From Octopus bimaculoides (taxonomy: Eukaryota), in assembly GCF_001194135.2 (NCBI RefSeq), contig NC_068984.1, forward strand, positions 119,466,778 through 119,530,777: a DNA stretch of 64,000 nt. The letters run 5' to 3'. The notes under the pieces are model-generated. The model saw nothing but the letters and a program-made list of their open reading frames with translations, was not told where the DNA came from and made no database searches. Below are positions 51,301-62,225 of this stretch, one piece after another. The position numbers and the translations under genes are program-made. Every line of letters begins with the position of its first letter. The stretch's first letter is position 1.

Positions 51301-54300
51301 AACTTGATTAATCTAATCTAACTATGCAAACAACCAGTCAAGAAAATCTAAATCCATCTTCAGTTAATTAACTCCTTTAAAATTAATCTAATAACAAATG
51401 CAGTTTTTCGCTATCATCAATAAACAGTTCTCTAGTGTTCTTGTTCTATGTATTATTCTTGTAATTCAATATTTGAATCACAGTTGTAGCATCACATTTG
51501 AAACTTTAATCATTATTCTTTAGTTTTGTTCAATGAATCTCTCATAACATTTTATCAAATAACTGTGTGGTTGAGAAACTTGCTTCCCAACCATGTGGTC
51601 TTGGGTTCAGTCCTACTGTGTAGCACCTTGGGGAAATCTTTTCTAATGTAGCACCAGACCAACCAAAGCCTTGAGTGGATTTGGTAGATGGAAAATGAAA
51701 GAAACCAATTGTATATGTATATATGTATTTATATTTGTGTGTACCCTTGTCAAGACATCACGTGATGGTTGTAAATAAGTGCCACTGCCATACAAATGAG
51801 GTTGTTCATTTCCAGTCTTCTGTGGAAAACACATCTAGCTATAAAAAATATTACTTTGCTAGGAATCAGATAAGGGAGGGTGACAGAAAGGGTATCCAAC
51901 TGCCTCAAAAAATCCCATCTGACCATTGCAAGCAAAGAAAAGTTGACATTAAATGATGATGATGGTGGTGGTGGTGGTGGTGGTAATGAATGATGAAGAT
52001 AAAATTTTCAGACTTACCATTACTTCATGTGTGGTTTTATCTGGTAAAGTAAGTAATCTTTTCGAAAGAACTTCATAGTCAGTCTTTAATTTATTCCTGG
52101 ATACATAAGTGAAAACAGTAACAAGAAAATAGTAAATTACAACACATTAAAAATAACTGAACATTAACATACAAGTAGGTATATGTGTGTATATTCATAA
52201 AATAGAGCCAGGTCTTGGACATAAATTGTTCGTTATTAATAACGATTTCTTCTGTGGTTATAAAGTCACAAATACACAAAAATACAAACACACAAAGATA
52301 TATGCATATATATTTTAAGAAAAGATGAATGAAATTTACAACAGTCAAGACTTTACCAAAAATATTAGTAACGTAAGTGAAGTGCAGTGGCTACAAATGG
52401 GAATCAAAACAGCTGGGGCTCAAAAGTGAACCTTTTCTTTGATTGTTGGAAGTAGTAATGATAGAAATAGAGAAGAAAAATTAAGGTGTAGAAGATGAGC
52501 ATGGGGGTTTAGAAAGATTTGTGTGGGAGAGCCACAGATCAAGCAAGTTAATAGGCACTAAAAAAAAAACCATTGTGAAAATGGTAAATGAGAACAAAAA
52601 GAGGACATAACTTATCAATGGTTTAGCACACGCCTTGTCATCGTCATCATTTAATGTCCATCTTCCATGCTGGTATGAGTTGGACGGTTTGATAGAAGCT
52701 GACAAGCTGGAGAGCCACATCAGGTTCCAATTGTCTGTTTTGGCATGGCTTCTATGACTGGATGCCCTTCCTAACTTTACAGTGTATTGGGTGCTTCTTC
52801 CGTGGCACCGGCACGGGTGCTTCTTCCGTGGCACCGGCACGGGTGCTTCTTCCGTGGCACCGGCATGGGTGCTTCTTATGTGGCACCGGCATGGGTGCTT
52901 CTTATGTGGCACCAGCACGGGTGCTTCTTATGTGGCACCAGCACGGGTGCTTCTTATGTGGCACCGGCATGGGTACTTCTTATGTGGCACCAGCAGGGTG
53001 CTTCTTATGTGGCACCAGCACGGGTGCTTCTTCCGTGGCACCAGCACAGTATTTAATTATGCCTTTATCCTTCTTTTCTTTAATTCGTTTCAGTCATTGA
53101 ACAACAGTTATGTTGGGGCAATACTTTGAAGGGAACCAACCCATGCTAGCATGGAAAGCGGACATTAAACGACAATGATGAGAACAACCCTAGTACTTCT
53201 TTTTTAAGTCTGGTACTTATTCTATCAGTTTCTTTTGTTGAATGCCAAGTTATGAGGGCATAAACAAACCAGCACCGGTTATCAAATGGCAGTAAGGATG
53301 CAAACACAAAGATATACACACAAACAGGCTTCCACTCAGATTCTGACAACCAAATTCACTCATAAGGCATTGATGAGTTGAGGTTATAGTAGGAAACACT
53401 TGGCCAAAGTGCTGTGCAGTGGGAGTGAACCTGAAACCATGTGGTTTCAAGATCTGATCCAATCATAGTGGACTGATTTCATCGTTTTGGAGTCAAGAAA
53501 ATGATTATCAGTAATATATTGGGTAAAATTCAGTTAAGTATGCTCTCTCTCTCTCTTTCTTAATAAACATAAGCGTTATGCATTTGAAAGAATAGTTTAT
53601 AATAGAGTTAAGTACAATATTCTATCAAATTCAATAGCGATTTCACATCATAAAACAACCAAGCCCAGTAAAAGGCAAATAACTGGAATAAACATTGATC
53701 CACCTATTAAGCTCATTTTATTTATATACACCTTTGACATTGTTTGCATTACAGATATGAATATCAAAACCTTGTGAATGGTAATAACAATTTTAGCATT
53801 CAGTACTCATACATTTTAGTAAATACATTATTTTACTACACTAACGTTGTTGTCTTTTAGTCTCAGGCAACAGACCAGAACTATGAACAAAGGAATTCCA
53901 GTCATGACCATCCTGTAATTTTTTCAACTGTATCTAGGACAATAATATCCATAGTTTCTTTCCTTTTTTTTAAGGGTGTGATTTTAGGGAAACATTGCTG
54001 CTGTTTCTAGCAGGTTGGGTGATAGCATAGAGCGATAAGATAGTGTACACTGAAGTAAAAGGAAGGATTAAATGAATCTCTATTCGAGCGAGATCGTTGC
54101 CAGTGCCCCTGGACTGACTCTTGTGCGGGTGGCATGTAAAATACACCATTTTGAGCATGGCCGTTGCCAGTACCGCCTGACTGGCCTTTGTGCGGGTGAT
54201 ACGTAAAAGCACCCACTACACTCTCTGAGTGGTTGGCGTTAGGAAGGGCATCTAGCTGTCGAAACTCTGCCAAATCAGATTGGAAGCTGGTGTTGCCATC

Positions 54301-56003
54301 TGGTTTCACCAGTCCTCAGTCAAATCGTCCAACCCATGCTAGCATGGAAAGCGGACGTTAAACGATGATGATGATGATGATGATTGGATTGACATGTAAT
54401 ACACCCTCAACCCTCTCACAACCATATTCCAGTTAAACCCATTTTCACTAAAAGTGAAGTAATGGTAAAATACACCTGAATAAAATGCTACACAGTGAGA
54501 TAGAACCAGTAACCTTTTGATTGCGAAGTGAACTTCTTAGTCATTCAACCCTGCTATGACCATTAGTGGTGAAGACATTAAAGGATTGTGGAAGTTTCCT
54601 TATAGGCTACAGCAGTGATGCACATTCTTTTTCAGAATATGGTCCATAAAATCTAGGAGGAAAACTTCATTGAACACTAAATATAAATTTACATTTAATT
54701 GCCTTACACAACACAGTAGTTCATAAAACTGTAAATCAAAGTGTTGATGGTTTGTCTAGATTACACTGTGTACCATTTGTTTACATTAAGGAGTTCATGA
54801 AAGGTATGTGCACAACAACTAACTTTTTATCAAAACCATATTAACAGGATATCTCCAGGTGAGAGAGCTGATTAGCAGGCTGGGTTGAATCGACATATGC
54901 AAAAATACCACCTTTCAGAGTGAAATTTGAATACATAGTACCATTTGGACATTGGAGAGTATGAATAAGGGGTGAGAGATTTGTATCTTGAAGAACAAGA
55001 CATGTGGCTTATATGGTAATAAGAAGAGATGTGTGGATTTAAGTTGAATGAGAGCCCACAGAACCAATATTGGTTCAATAAAAATAAAGAAAATGTATAT
55101 ACAAATGTACTGGGGTAGAATTGATTAATTATATCTGTCCCTCACAAACATACTACATGTTACATATCATAGGGAAAGAAATGAAGCTAGTATTGTGAGT
55201 CAATGAATATTTTGCATTGCTGCCTCTGCTTCAAGATGTGAATTATACCATTCCATAACACATGCTGGCAGTTAGGAAGAGTGTGGCATTAAGAACATGT
55301 TTTCAACATCATCACATTGTAAATATAATCACCTTTCTGGGAGTGCTTGCAAAGGTTATAGACAAAGTGGTTTCCTACGACTAAGAATTTTTTTTATATG
55401 TTACTCAAAGGAAGAATACCAGTATCTACAACAGTTGCAGGATCTCTACTGGAGTTAATTTGACATAACTAATACCCAACCTGAACATCTGTAGGCAAAA
55501 ATCTGAAGTTCTGGTGCAAATAACTTGCAACAGAGTGAATTCCAATAAAGAAACCCTAGGACTAGATGGTAACATTAATTACGTTGCATGTTAGGCCTAG
55601 TGCCTAGATGTTAAACTTTATCACAGTCACACTATCATCATTTAATGTCTGTTTTCTATGCTGGTATGGGTTAGACGATTTGACTGGAGCAGGTAAGCTG
55701 GAGAGCTGCACCAGGCTCCAATCATCTGTATTGACTAGATTTCTATGGCTGGATGCCCTTCTTAATGCCAACCACTCTAAAGAGTGCATTGAGTGTCTTT
55801 CATGTGACACTGACATGGGTGCCTTTTACATGTCACCAGCACTGACCATGACCACTTAGCTTGATGTGTCTTCTCAAGCACAGCAAACTGCCAGAAGTCT
55901 CATATAAATAAGAAGTTACATACCATTTATGCATTTGATCATTGGATACTTTAATAGCCTGATCTTGCTCATCTCGCAATCTTTTCACGTGTTCTGTGTT
56001 CAT
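25083..56003 (-). CDS. URI1: URI1 (unconventional prefoldin RPB5 interactor), full gene model: exons 56003-55924, 52096-52018, 50251-50116, 48306-48215, 46297-46234, 34146-33999, 33137-32876, 25511-25296, 25202-25083 (1197 nt, 398 aa)
   Basis: All introns are GT-AG and phase-compatible. Prefoldin-alpha domain (LPDKTTHEVMVPIGSKAFMPGQLVHTNEILVLLGDNWFAERSAKQA), FWDRLEELE motif, PKSILKSR, and C-terminal URI box KRISKFKASR. An in-frame TAA lies two codons before the ATG. An extra phase-0 exon in the 25512-32875 intron cannot be excluded. Confidence 0.94.
25296..25511 (-). CDS. URI1: URI1 coding exon 8 (LQFMDTT...SPSDIY...PKSILKSR...PAPQ)
   Basis: T-rich cag acceptor, CAG|GTAAGA donor; phase 0/0. 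Confidence 0.92.
25902..25973 (+). pseudogene. 5S rRNA-derived fragment spanning the internal control region (box A, IE, box C)
   Basis: aatcacctaagttaggcaatgtcaagcctacttagtacttagatgggtgactgcttggggaaacctaggtgc aligns by eye with the 3' two-thirds of metazoan 5S, with CpG-decay changes. Confidence 0.8.
27597..29393 (-). mobile_element. 5'-truncated RTE/BovB-like LINE (family B): RT domain and C-terminal C2H2 finger, with frameshifts; 11-bp TSD TGAGTGGATGC (27586-27596, 29394-29404)
   Basis: LPESQCGF, VDLTKAFDTVSREGLW, GVKQGCVLA, FLFADDC, FTYLGSTL, CPYCSRSFQAQIGLISH; TSD read directly from the sequence. Confidence 0.95.
29560..30780 (+). mobile_element. old RTE family A remnant (linker and RT N-terminus)
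   Basis: WWWNN..DKAIRAKKQ, GPSGNTAEMLK, EMQFGFMPGRSTTDAIF, AFVNMEKAFDR across stops. Confidence 0.75.
31040..32560 (-). mobile_element. old RTE family A remnant, inverted relative to 29560-30780
   Basis: WWNDTIDRAIKVKGQPWKTWKEG...ARSAVRRYVYLAKRE; FVNLEKVYD-like motif. Confidence 0.7.
32876..33137 (-). CDS. URI1: URI1 coding exon 7 (TEEFFQEAV...KKSVHW...DMDDD...VIKFSHSPVKPKVEK)
   Basis: cttctag / AAG|GTAAGA; acidic region and IKFSHS motif. Confidence 0.9.
33237..33663 (+). mobile_element. RTE family A 3' end (last ORF codons plus UTR) in a URI1 intron
   Basis: Begins with gaagacccggcaagccaagtaa (KTRQAK-stop), then the tandem-duplicated UTR and (GAT)n tail. Confidence 0.88.
33999..34146 (-). 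CDS. URI1: URI1 coding exon 6 (QHKENIKKYRE...FWDRLEELENQESERNEL)
   Basis: ttttatag / GA|GTAAGA; phase 1 to 2. Confidence 0.93.
34181..34506 (+). mobile_element. tRNA-derived SINE family S1 (representative copy; others near 2720-3046, 3480-3870, 4190-4590, 6170-6360, 7110-7330, 7878-8230, 11170-11360, 27120-27270, 35640-35810, 50780-50930, 51560-51720, 53200-53450, 62700-62890, 63251-63625)
   Basis: A box TGGCTGTGTGG, B-box-like GGTTCAGTCCC in full copies, shared body gccttgtgagtggatttggtagacggaaactgaaagaagcc, internal (TG)n, tail gactgaaacaa. Boundaries approximate. Confidence 0.8.
34537..35426 (-). mobile_element. mariner transposase remnant with about 230-bp inverted repeats formed by its own 3' end
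   Basis: MICVWWNYEGIIHYE, QDNTRTH, YSLDLSPLDYYF (YSPDLAPSDY), KELAE.LQTVQHN.LYFEC; the 3' segment recurs inverted at about 35198-35426; ends TATTGTGTTGAG / CTCAACACAATA. Confidence 0.85.
37270..37780 (+). mobile_element. degraded RTE-X-like LINE 3' remnant
   Basis: AMVESVLLYDTSIWTLTKELKTMLDG and FAGHYLRS motifs. Confidence 0.55.
40325..40740 (-). mobile_element. RTE family A 3' UTR copy
   Basis: Near-identical to 2195-2546, including the alternative upstream module. Confidence 0.85.
41710..42526. repeat. compound (TA)n/(CA)n microsatellite flanking assembly gap 41906-42253
   Basis: Read directly. Other N-gaps: 2547-2719, 13773-13939, 45381-45457. Confidence 0.95.
42527..43855 (-). mobile_element. 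Penelope-like element: N-terminal region and RT, 3'-truncated into a microsatellite
   Basis: IINLS...LLLKGLKFTPTP, KEADKGGAIVIMD, RPIVAG, FDVTNLYTNIP, GTAMGTKFAPSYANL, RYLDN (YLDD variant). Confidence 0.93.
43860..44595 (+). mobile_element. Helitron 3' end: PIF1-like helicase C-terminus, 3' UTR, decayed hairpin and CTAG terminus before (TA)n
   Basis: FIPRIPLIPSD..FKRLQFPVKQSFAMSINKAQDQSL...SHGQLYIGCSRV...NIVYQEAL-stop; acacaagcaatgccaggtccaacagCTAG|t at 44592-44595. Confidence 0.85.
46234..46297 (-). CDS. URI1: URI1 coding exon 5 (GKDGVVDINEKYEEKKEREWN)
   Basis: cttccag / A|GTAGGT; phase 0 to 1. Confidence 0.9.
48215..48306 (-). CDS. URI1: URI1 coding exon 4 (SIDQQIKDLEQQRNLLVNRTGFTDELKQLSE)
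   Basis: tttttcag / GAA|GTACGT; 92 nt, phase 1 to 0; coiled-coil. Confidence 0.92.
50116..50251 (-). CDS. URI1: URI1 coding exon 3 (VPIGSKAFMPG...VKRRIK)
   Basis: ttttcag / T|GTAAGT; prefoldin hairpin. Confidence 0.97.
52018..52096 (-). CDS. URI1: URI1 coding exon 2 (NKLKTDYEVLSKRLLTLPDKTTHEVM)
   Basis: tatccag / ATG|GTAAGT; 79 nt, phase 2 to 0. Confidence 0.95.
52789..53047 (+). repeat. 26-bp minisatellite, 10 units, inside an old RTE family A 3' UTR copy (about 52640-53050)
   Basis: Unit GGGTGCTTCTT(CC/AT)GTGGCACC(G/A)GCA(C/T); one unit is 25 bp. Confidence 0.93.
54081..54381 (+). mobile_element. RTE family A 3' UTR copy
   Basis: Same UTR with a (GAT)n tail. Confidence 0.85.
55924..56003 (-). 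CDS. URI1: URI1 coding exon 1 (MNTEHVKRLRDEQDQAIKVSNDQMHK); exon acceptor at 56027
   Basis: tttgtag acceptor upstream, TG|GTATGT donor; LRDEQ motif. Confidence 0.9.
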
Positions 56004-56801
56004 GTCTTAGCAGTGTTTCTGAGTTAACTACAAATGAAAAAATACATACACATATGAACATAAAAAGAAAGAGGATATATAACTGCAAAACTAACTTTAC
56101 CTAAATACAGTAATACAGTAAAAATGACACACCCGTGTCAGTGACACATAGAAGACACCCACTACACTCTTGGAGTGGTTGGCATTAGGAAGGGCATCCA
56201 GCCATAGAAACCGTGTCAAATCAGACTGGAACTTGGTATAGCTCTCTGGCTTACCAGTTCCAGTCAAACCGTCTAACCCATGCCAACATTGAAAGCAGAT
56301 ACTAAATGATGATGATGATACATATATCATCCTCATTTAACACCCATCCTCTAAGCTTGTGTGGGTTGAATGATGAATGTTTTGACAGGTTCTAATTAGC
56401 CGGAGGACTGCATCATGCTTCAATGTTTACTTTGGCATAGTTTTTATGGATGGGTGACCTTCCTAATACAAGCCAATGTATAGAGTGCACTGGATGCTTT
56501 TTTTTATTTTGATGATACCATCAGCACAAGTGACATCAAAGTAACTTGCAAGAAAAAGTACAAGAAGCACCCTCAACTGAATGAGATCGTAGCAGATCAA
56601 GTTATATAAAAAAAAAAAAAACCCTTGGACAAAAAAAATTGAAAGACTGCTTTGGTATGTTGGTAGGATTGCCAGCAATTTTGAAAGAGGATTAGTTGAT
56701 ATTTAAATGGGTTTTGATTTGGGTACAGGGTGAACAATTTTTTGAGGAGGGGCTTAGTCAATACCATCAACCCAAATGACAGACAGATAGTTTGTATATA
56801 G

Positions 56802-57291
56802 CAGGGGTGGGGAAACTTCTTAGTGCAGTGGGCAAAAATTTCCAAAGAAAAAGGTCCGCAGGTGGATCACATGTTCTAAATCTTAGTGTAAATTTTGTAT
56901 ATATCTATGCATAATTTGATATACATTAATAAAGATAAGTTTAACACATTAAATTAACATGTAGCATCTTCATTAATACCACCACTGAATTTAGGACGTT
57001 TATATTACTTATGAGATATTCTATATTTTTCAGCTAGACTGTAGTTAGGTCTTAACTAGCAATATGTGTTTTATATTGAAAATAAAATTTCCATTCAAAT
57101 GATAATTACTGGACGGTTTTCTGTTCGAGTCTAACCATTTTAAGTCATAGTGGAAACACAATCTACGTTGCAAATAAGCATATGAATATCATATAAATTT
57201 TATAATCGAAAAATTTACTATATTTTGTACATATGAATATACCAGCCCGTGGGTGCAATTGCACCTTCAGGCAGGGGTTTCCCCACTCCCG
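56802..57291. mobile_element. hAT (Charlie-like) MITE with 15-bp TIRs and an 8-bp TSD
   Basis: Left TIR CAGGGGTGGGGAAAC, right TIR GTTTCCCCACTCCCG; flanks GTATATAG (56794-56801) and GTATATAA (57292-57299). Confidence 0.8.
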
Positions 57292-57479
57292 GTATATAAG
57301 TATGTATATACAACCATTTTCAAGTTATACATGGCAATTAAACTTATGTACATTTTTCATTAGTATTCAACTAACTGAAAATGTAATCAATTAACGGTTT
57401 CCAAGAAATATAAATACTGTGAAAGTATACTATTAAAATATCTCAGCAATTCCACGAAATTCTGACATAGTGAAAGTAC

Positions 57480-57540
57480 CTTAGTTATTTGACGTCATGT
57501 CAAGACAAGAGTTGCCAGACGAATGCAATGAGTGAAAGGG
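57480..57540 (-). promoter_or_regulatory. putative URI1 promoter / non-coding first exon
   Basis: CpG-retaining 57.0-57.5 kb; perfect TGACGTCA at 57490-57497; candidate donor AAG|GTACTT at 57480/57479; coding exon 1 has an acceptor at 56027, so an upstream UTR exon is required. Confidence 0.4.
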
Positions 57541-57859
57541 ACAGGAGGTGAAGGAAAAGAGGAAGCAAGGGAAGGGTGGGGGGAGAGAGGAGGTAGGAGT
57601 GAGGAAAGAGAGGTGGGAACACTAACAATAAAGATTAGTAGATAATATAATTGAAAGATATATCAGGATATAACTGAATAACCAAAATGAAACAAACCAC
57701 TATTTTTAATTTTACATTTATGCATACAAGGCTTCAATGCAGTTGGCAAGGAGACTTGGAGGGAATTAGCAATTCTTATAATCAGGATTTTGCTAAGAGC
57801 CAATTGAAACACCCACTTAGTGACTGCTGCTGGTAATTATAATTTCTAATTTAGCAACA

Positions 57860-58630
57860 AGGCCAGAAATTTGAGAAGTTAGTTGATTAAAGTAGTTGAC
57901 TGGTACTTTATCAAAATAAAGAATGATGAAAGGCAAAGTTGACCTCCATAGCATTTGAACTCAGAATGGAAAAATCCATTAGTAAATGGCACAAGGCATT
58001 CTGTCTGACACTTATAAGATTTTGTCATCTACCACCATAAATAATTATAATAATCCTTTCTACTCTAGGCACAAAGCCTGAAATTTGGGGGGAGGGGATA
58101 AGTCGATTACATTGACCCCAGTGTGTAACTGGTACTTATTTCATCGACCCTGAAAGGATGAACATTAAAGTCAATCTTGGCGGAATTTGAACACAGAATG
58201 TAAGGACGGACAAAATGCCACTAAGCATTTCGACCAATGTGATAGCAATTCTGCCAGCTTGCTGCCTTGATTTTAAATTTTTGCACAAGGCCAGCAATTT
58301 CGAGGGAAGGAGTAAGTCAATTACATTAACCCTAGTGATCAACTGATACTTATTTTATCAACCCCTAAAGGATGTAAAATAAAGTCGACCTTGGTGGAAT
58401 TTGAATTCAGAATGTAAAGAGAGATGAAATTCCACTAGGCAGTTTACCTGGTACAATCCTTTCTACTATAGGCACAAGGCCTGAAATTTTGTGGAAGGGA
58501 GCTTGTCAATTACATCGACCCAAAAAGGCGAAAGGCTAAGTTGACCTCGGCGAAATTTAAACTCAGAACATAAAAACAAATGAAATGCCACAAAGCATTT
58601 TGCCTGGCATGTTAAATTCTGCCAGCTCAC
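57860..58630 (-). mobile_element. four head-to-tail copies of tRNA-derived SINE family S2 (others near 1975-2180, 8705-8870, 60050-60245, 60960-61060)
   Basis: Minus-strand A box TGGCAGAATCG, B box GTTCAAATTC, shared core ggtcgactttgcctttcatcctttc..gataaaataagtacc. Confidence 0.8.
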
Positions 58631-61600
58631 TACGTTAGCAATCAGATTTTCTTTTTTAGCTAATAAGAGGGGAATCTTCTGAGTACTGTTCATGGAAACA
58701 CCAACTAAACCATAGTTGCCCTGATCACTAGGACAAGTGATCTTGACTCATCCTCCTCTCTTAATATATAGGTGCATGCTTAAAGTAGGCCTGTTTACTT
58801 GGCCCAACCCTGTTACTTGCACTCATCTTGCAACAAATTTGCTAAAAGGCAGCACTTCCATCTCCATTATTACTTTCCTTTCCAAGTGGAACTTGATAAT
58901 GCCGATGAGGGCTTGGCCAAAGAGAAAGCTTTCTGTCATCAGACCTTTCGATCTGGTCCACCACATAACCAGCAAGACAAACTTCACAATAGACTCAGCT
59001 GTATCTATCCCTAGATGCAACAGCAGGTATTTGACATAAACCCATGAGTTTTGATTGAACAGTAATCTGGATCAAGCCTATGCTTAATCCAGACTGTAGC
59101 TTAATTAAAAATACAAACTGTAGAAAAGCAAGTTTGATAAACAGCAACCACACCTATTCACTGTCAAGGAAATACTCATGGCTACAATACATGTCTGGGA
59201 CATCATCAGCCATAGTATGCTTAGTCTTCCACTTAGTGGATATTGACAACATATGGAGCAACTGACATGTGAAACAATTCCTTTCCACAGAAAATGGGAG
59301 ACTAGGCACTCCAGTTGCATTTCACAATACTTTTTGCATTTTTAAAAATCTTCCAAGCTGATAAAAATTTCTTCACTCATGTGGAGTGGCATGTTGGTAA
59401 AACAACTAACCCTAGTTATTATTATTATTATTCAAGTCACTGCCTGAAATCGAACTCAGAATCTTGGGGTTAGTAGCTCACCATGCTCTTAACCACTACA
59501 CCATATGCAAGTTTTGTTTCATTTTTTTTGTGTTGACATTGTATTGGTGGCAATGGAGGTGGAGATGGCAGGAGGGGGGGGGGGTTGAATACAAAATAGA
59601 TTTTATGTTTTTGTTCTCTGGTCTCATTTCTGTTGTTTCCATTTATCTTGTCAATGTTTTTGCTAGTTTTACTCATTGTGTGAGGTGTGGTGGTAGTGTT
59701 GCTTTCATGTGCTGTTTCATTTATGTTTTTGCTGTTGTTATTTATAAATCATATGCCAATTGTAGTGAAGGGAAACTATTTTCACAATGATTGTTCCAAG
59801 AGCCACCTCCTACCTCGATTTGGGAAGCTGTATTATTTTTGTTTTTTTCCTTCTTTTGTTTTAAAAATATATAATTTAAAATTCCAAAATTCACACCCAA
59901 CGGGGAAATATTTCACAAAGCCAACTAGCCTCAGATGGTGTTAGCTAACTTATTAACAAAATGATATAACAAAAAATACAAATTACTTTCTTTAGACCAA
60001 CAAAATCCAACAATATCCCAGGAGCTTCGAACAAACACCCTTCTCTTCCAATAATAATAATCCTTTCTACTATAGATACAAGCCCTGAACTTTTAAGGGA
60101 GGGGGCTAGTCGAATACATCGACTTCAGTACTCATACTCAATTAGTACTTATTTTATCGACCCTGAAAGAATGAAAGGCAAGGTCGACCCCGGCAGAATT
60201 TGAACTCAGAACATAAAGACGGACGGAATACCGCTAAGCATCTAGATGTCGGAGATTCCGGATATGCAAGAAACCACGTTTTGAAACTTTTAAATTCAAT
60301 AAGCATATAGATAGGTGTATAAAGAGATAGATAGATAGATATGCCTTCCTGGGGCTAAAAACAACAGTAACACCGTCTTCTATAGGACCGTCACAATTAG
60401 TTGACAAATATATTTTATGAATAAACGGATAGGGATAAATAGACAGACAAATAAATAAATAAATGGATGAAAAAGTTCAAAATTTAAAATTGGGGAGGGT
60501 TGAAATTTGAGCCCCTTGTTAAACTTTATAACATTATTAAATATTGTTTCGCATAAAATGGTGTATATTTAATTTACATTATATTATTATTTATGATTAT
60601 TTAAAGCAAACAAAAGTAAAACGCAAATTCTCTTCATTTTAATGTCTTTGTATTTAATTTCGATTTGAATATGTTCGTCAATTCGCTACGATCTCTTTAA
60701 AGTAAATAAAATCAAAAATTTTAACCCGGGGGGTGGGGGGTGGAGAGAAATAATTTTTTTTTTTTTGCATATTCGTAATCTCCGACATCTAAAACGTAGG
60801 AAACCGAAAATTTTTTTTTTAAATGCATTTTCCAAGGAGAGATGCGAAACTGCGTTCGCCCCGCATCTAGCCTGGCGTCCTAACGATTCTGCCAGCACAT
60901 TGCTCAAAAAGAGAAAATATATTTAAAAAAAGTCTATCATGGGTACAAGCCCACCCCCAATTAACCAATATACCAGTCGATTAAATAGACTTCTATCCTT
61001 CATTGGTAATCTGTTTTATCGACCCAAAAAGGAATGAAAGGCAAAGTCGACCCTTTACAGAACATAAAGGGATTATGCAAAATATCGCATGGTATTTTGT
61101 CAAAAAAATTTAATCACCTGACTTTTATTTTTTTCTCTTTGTACTAAGTCATAAAACTTAAAATGTATCCAATTTTCTTTTTATGAATTCATTTTAGTAA
61201 AGCGAAATTAGTTTCTTTAAAGCATTACCTGTACAAAATATTCTAACAAGTTTGCTTTTAACGTCTGTGTTCGTTTTCAGACAAGTTCTGAATATATAAA
61301 GCTTCCCTTTCAAAAGTCTCAAGTTACTAGGTGGTTGCAAAGAACTGAGAATGTATATCATATGATACACTACTGGCAGCGAGATATGTCCTGTGTATCA
61401 CATGTAAAAGAACGGTCAGGCAAGGGGTTAAACAACAGAATGAAAAGAGGAACTGAAATTCAATGGAGCGTAAAATAAATCAGCACTTTTGACAACAATA
61501 ACAATTCCGACACTACTGAACCAACTTCTGTCATCCTGGAACAGAATTAGTTAAAATAAACGGATGGAAATTGTTTTAACGTTTTCAAAAAAATATATTT

Positions 61601-62142
61601 CGAAATTATCGGGGAAAAAACATTACTTAAAAAAAATCACAAAGCACGTTATAGTAAAAGTTTTTCTTTGGTACACAAATTTACAAAAAAATTCCATCCA
61701 AAAAGTAATATGTATCGATACTGAAACTATTTACAAAATATATCTTTAGAACATTAAAAATTAGCAACATACCAAAAAATTAGTTCTTGAATTAAATTAG
61801 CTAAAAAAATATAGACAACTCCCTTAAGAAACATCTCTTTTAATCCATAAAAACATTGAAAGCACATGTCAATTATTTTATGCCATTAGAGTTACCCACC
61901 TTGTTTCCCCCTTTAAAAGAATTGCCGGTAGGTAATAAAATTCAGTAAGAAAATCTAACGTAATTATGGGAAAAAGTTATCTTAATGATTAATTTTTTAA
62001 CTCGATAAATTTTAGAAAATAGATTTTTATCAATATTTGGTAAAATTCCTCACAATTTGATGAATAGATATATTTGACCGGGTACCAATTTCCGGTGTTA
62101 GTTTCACGAGTTAATAGCATCATTTAGTACCTATAGGGGAAA

Positions 62143-62225
62143 ATGGCATCGTCTTTGAAGCTAGCGGCATGCCTTAGAACGATTCTTTTGAATTCGACTG
62201 GAAATTCAGTTACTCACATATCAAG
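62143..62225 (+). CDS. candidate first coding exon, mitochondrial-presequence-like (MASSLKLAACLRTILLNSTGNSVTHIS), ending at a GC donor
   Basis: AAAATGGC start context in a CpG-retaining region; no acidic residues, rich in S/L/A/T with K/R; AG|GCAAGT donor. No second exon seen. Confidence 0.4.

Noticed and set aside
52789-53047. Regular 26-bp repeats resembling a CRISPR array
   Set aside because: Units are contiguous with no unique spacers, derive from a LINE 3' UTR motif, and there are no cas genes; the context is eukaryotic.
58720-59060. Possible Penelope-type RT fragment (IIKFHLERK...VLPFS)
   Set aside because: Similarity is limited to one short motif and is too weak to call without a profile search.
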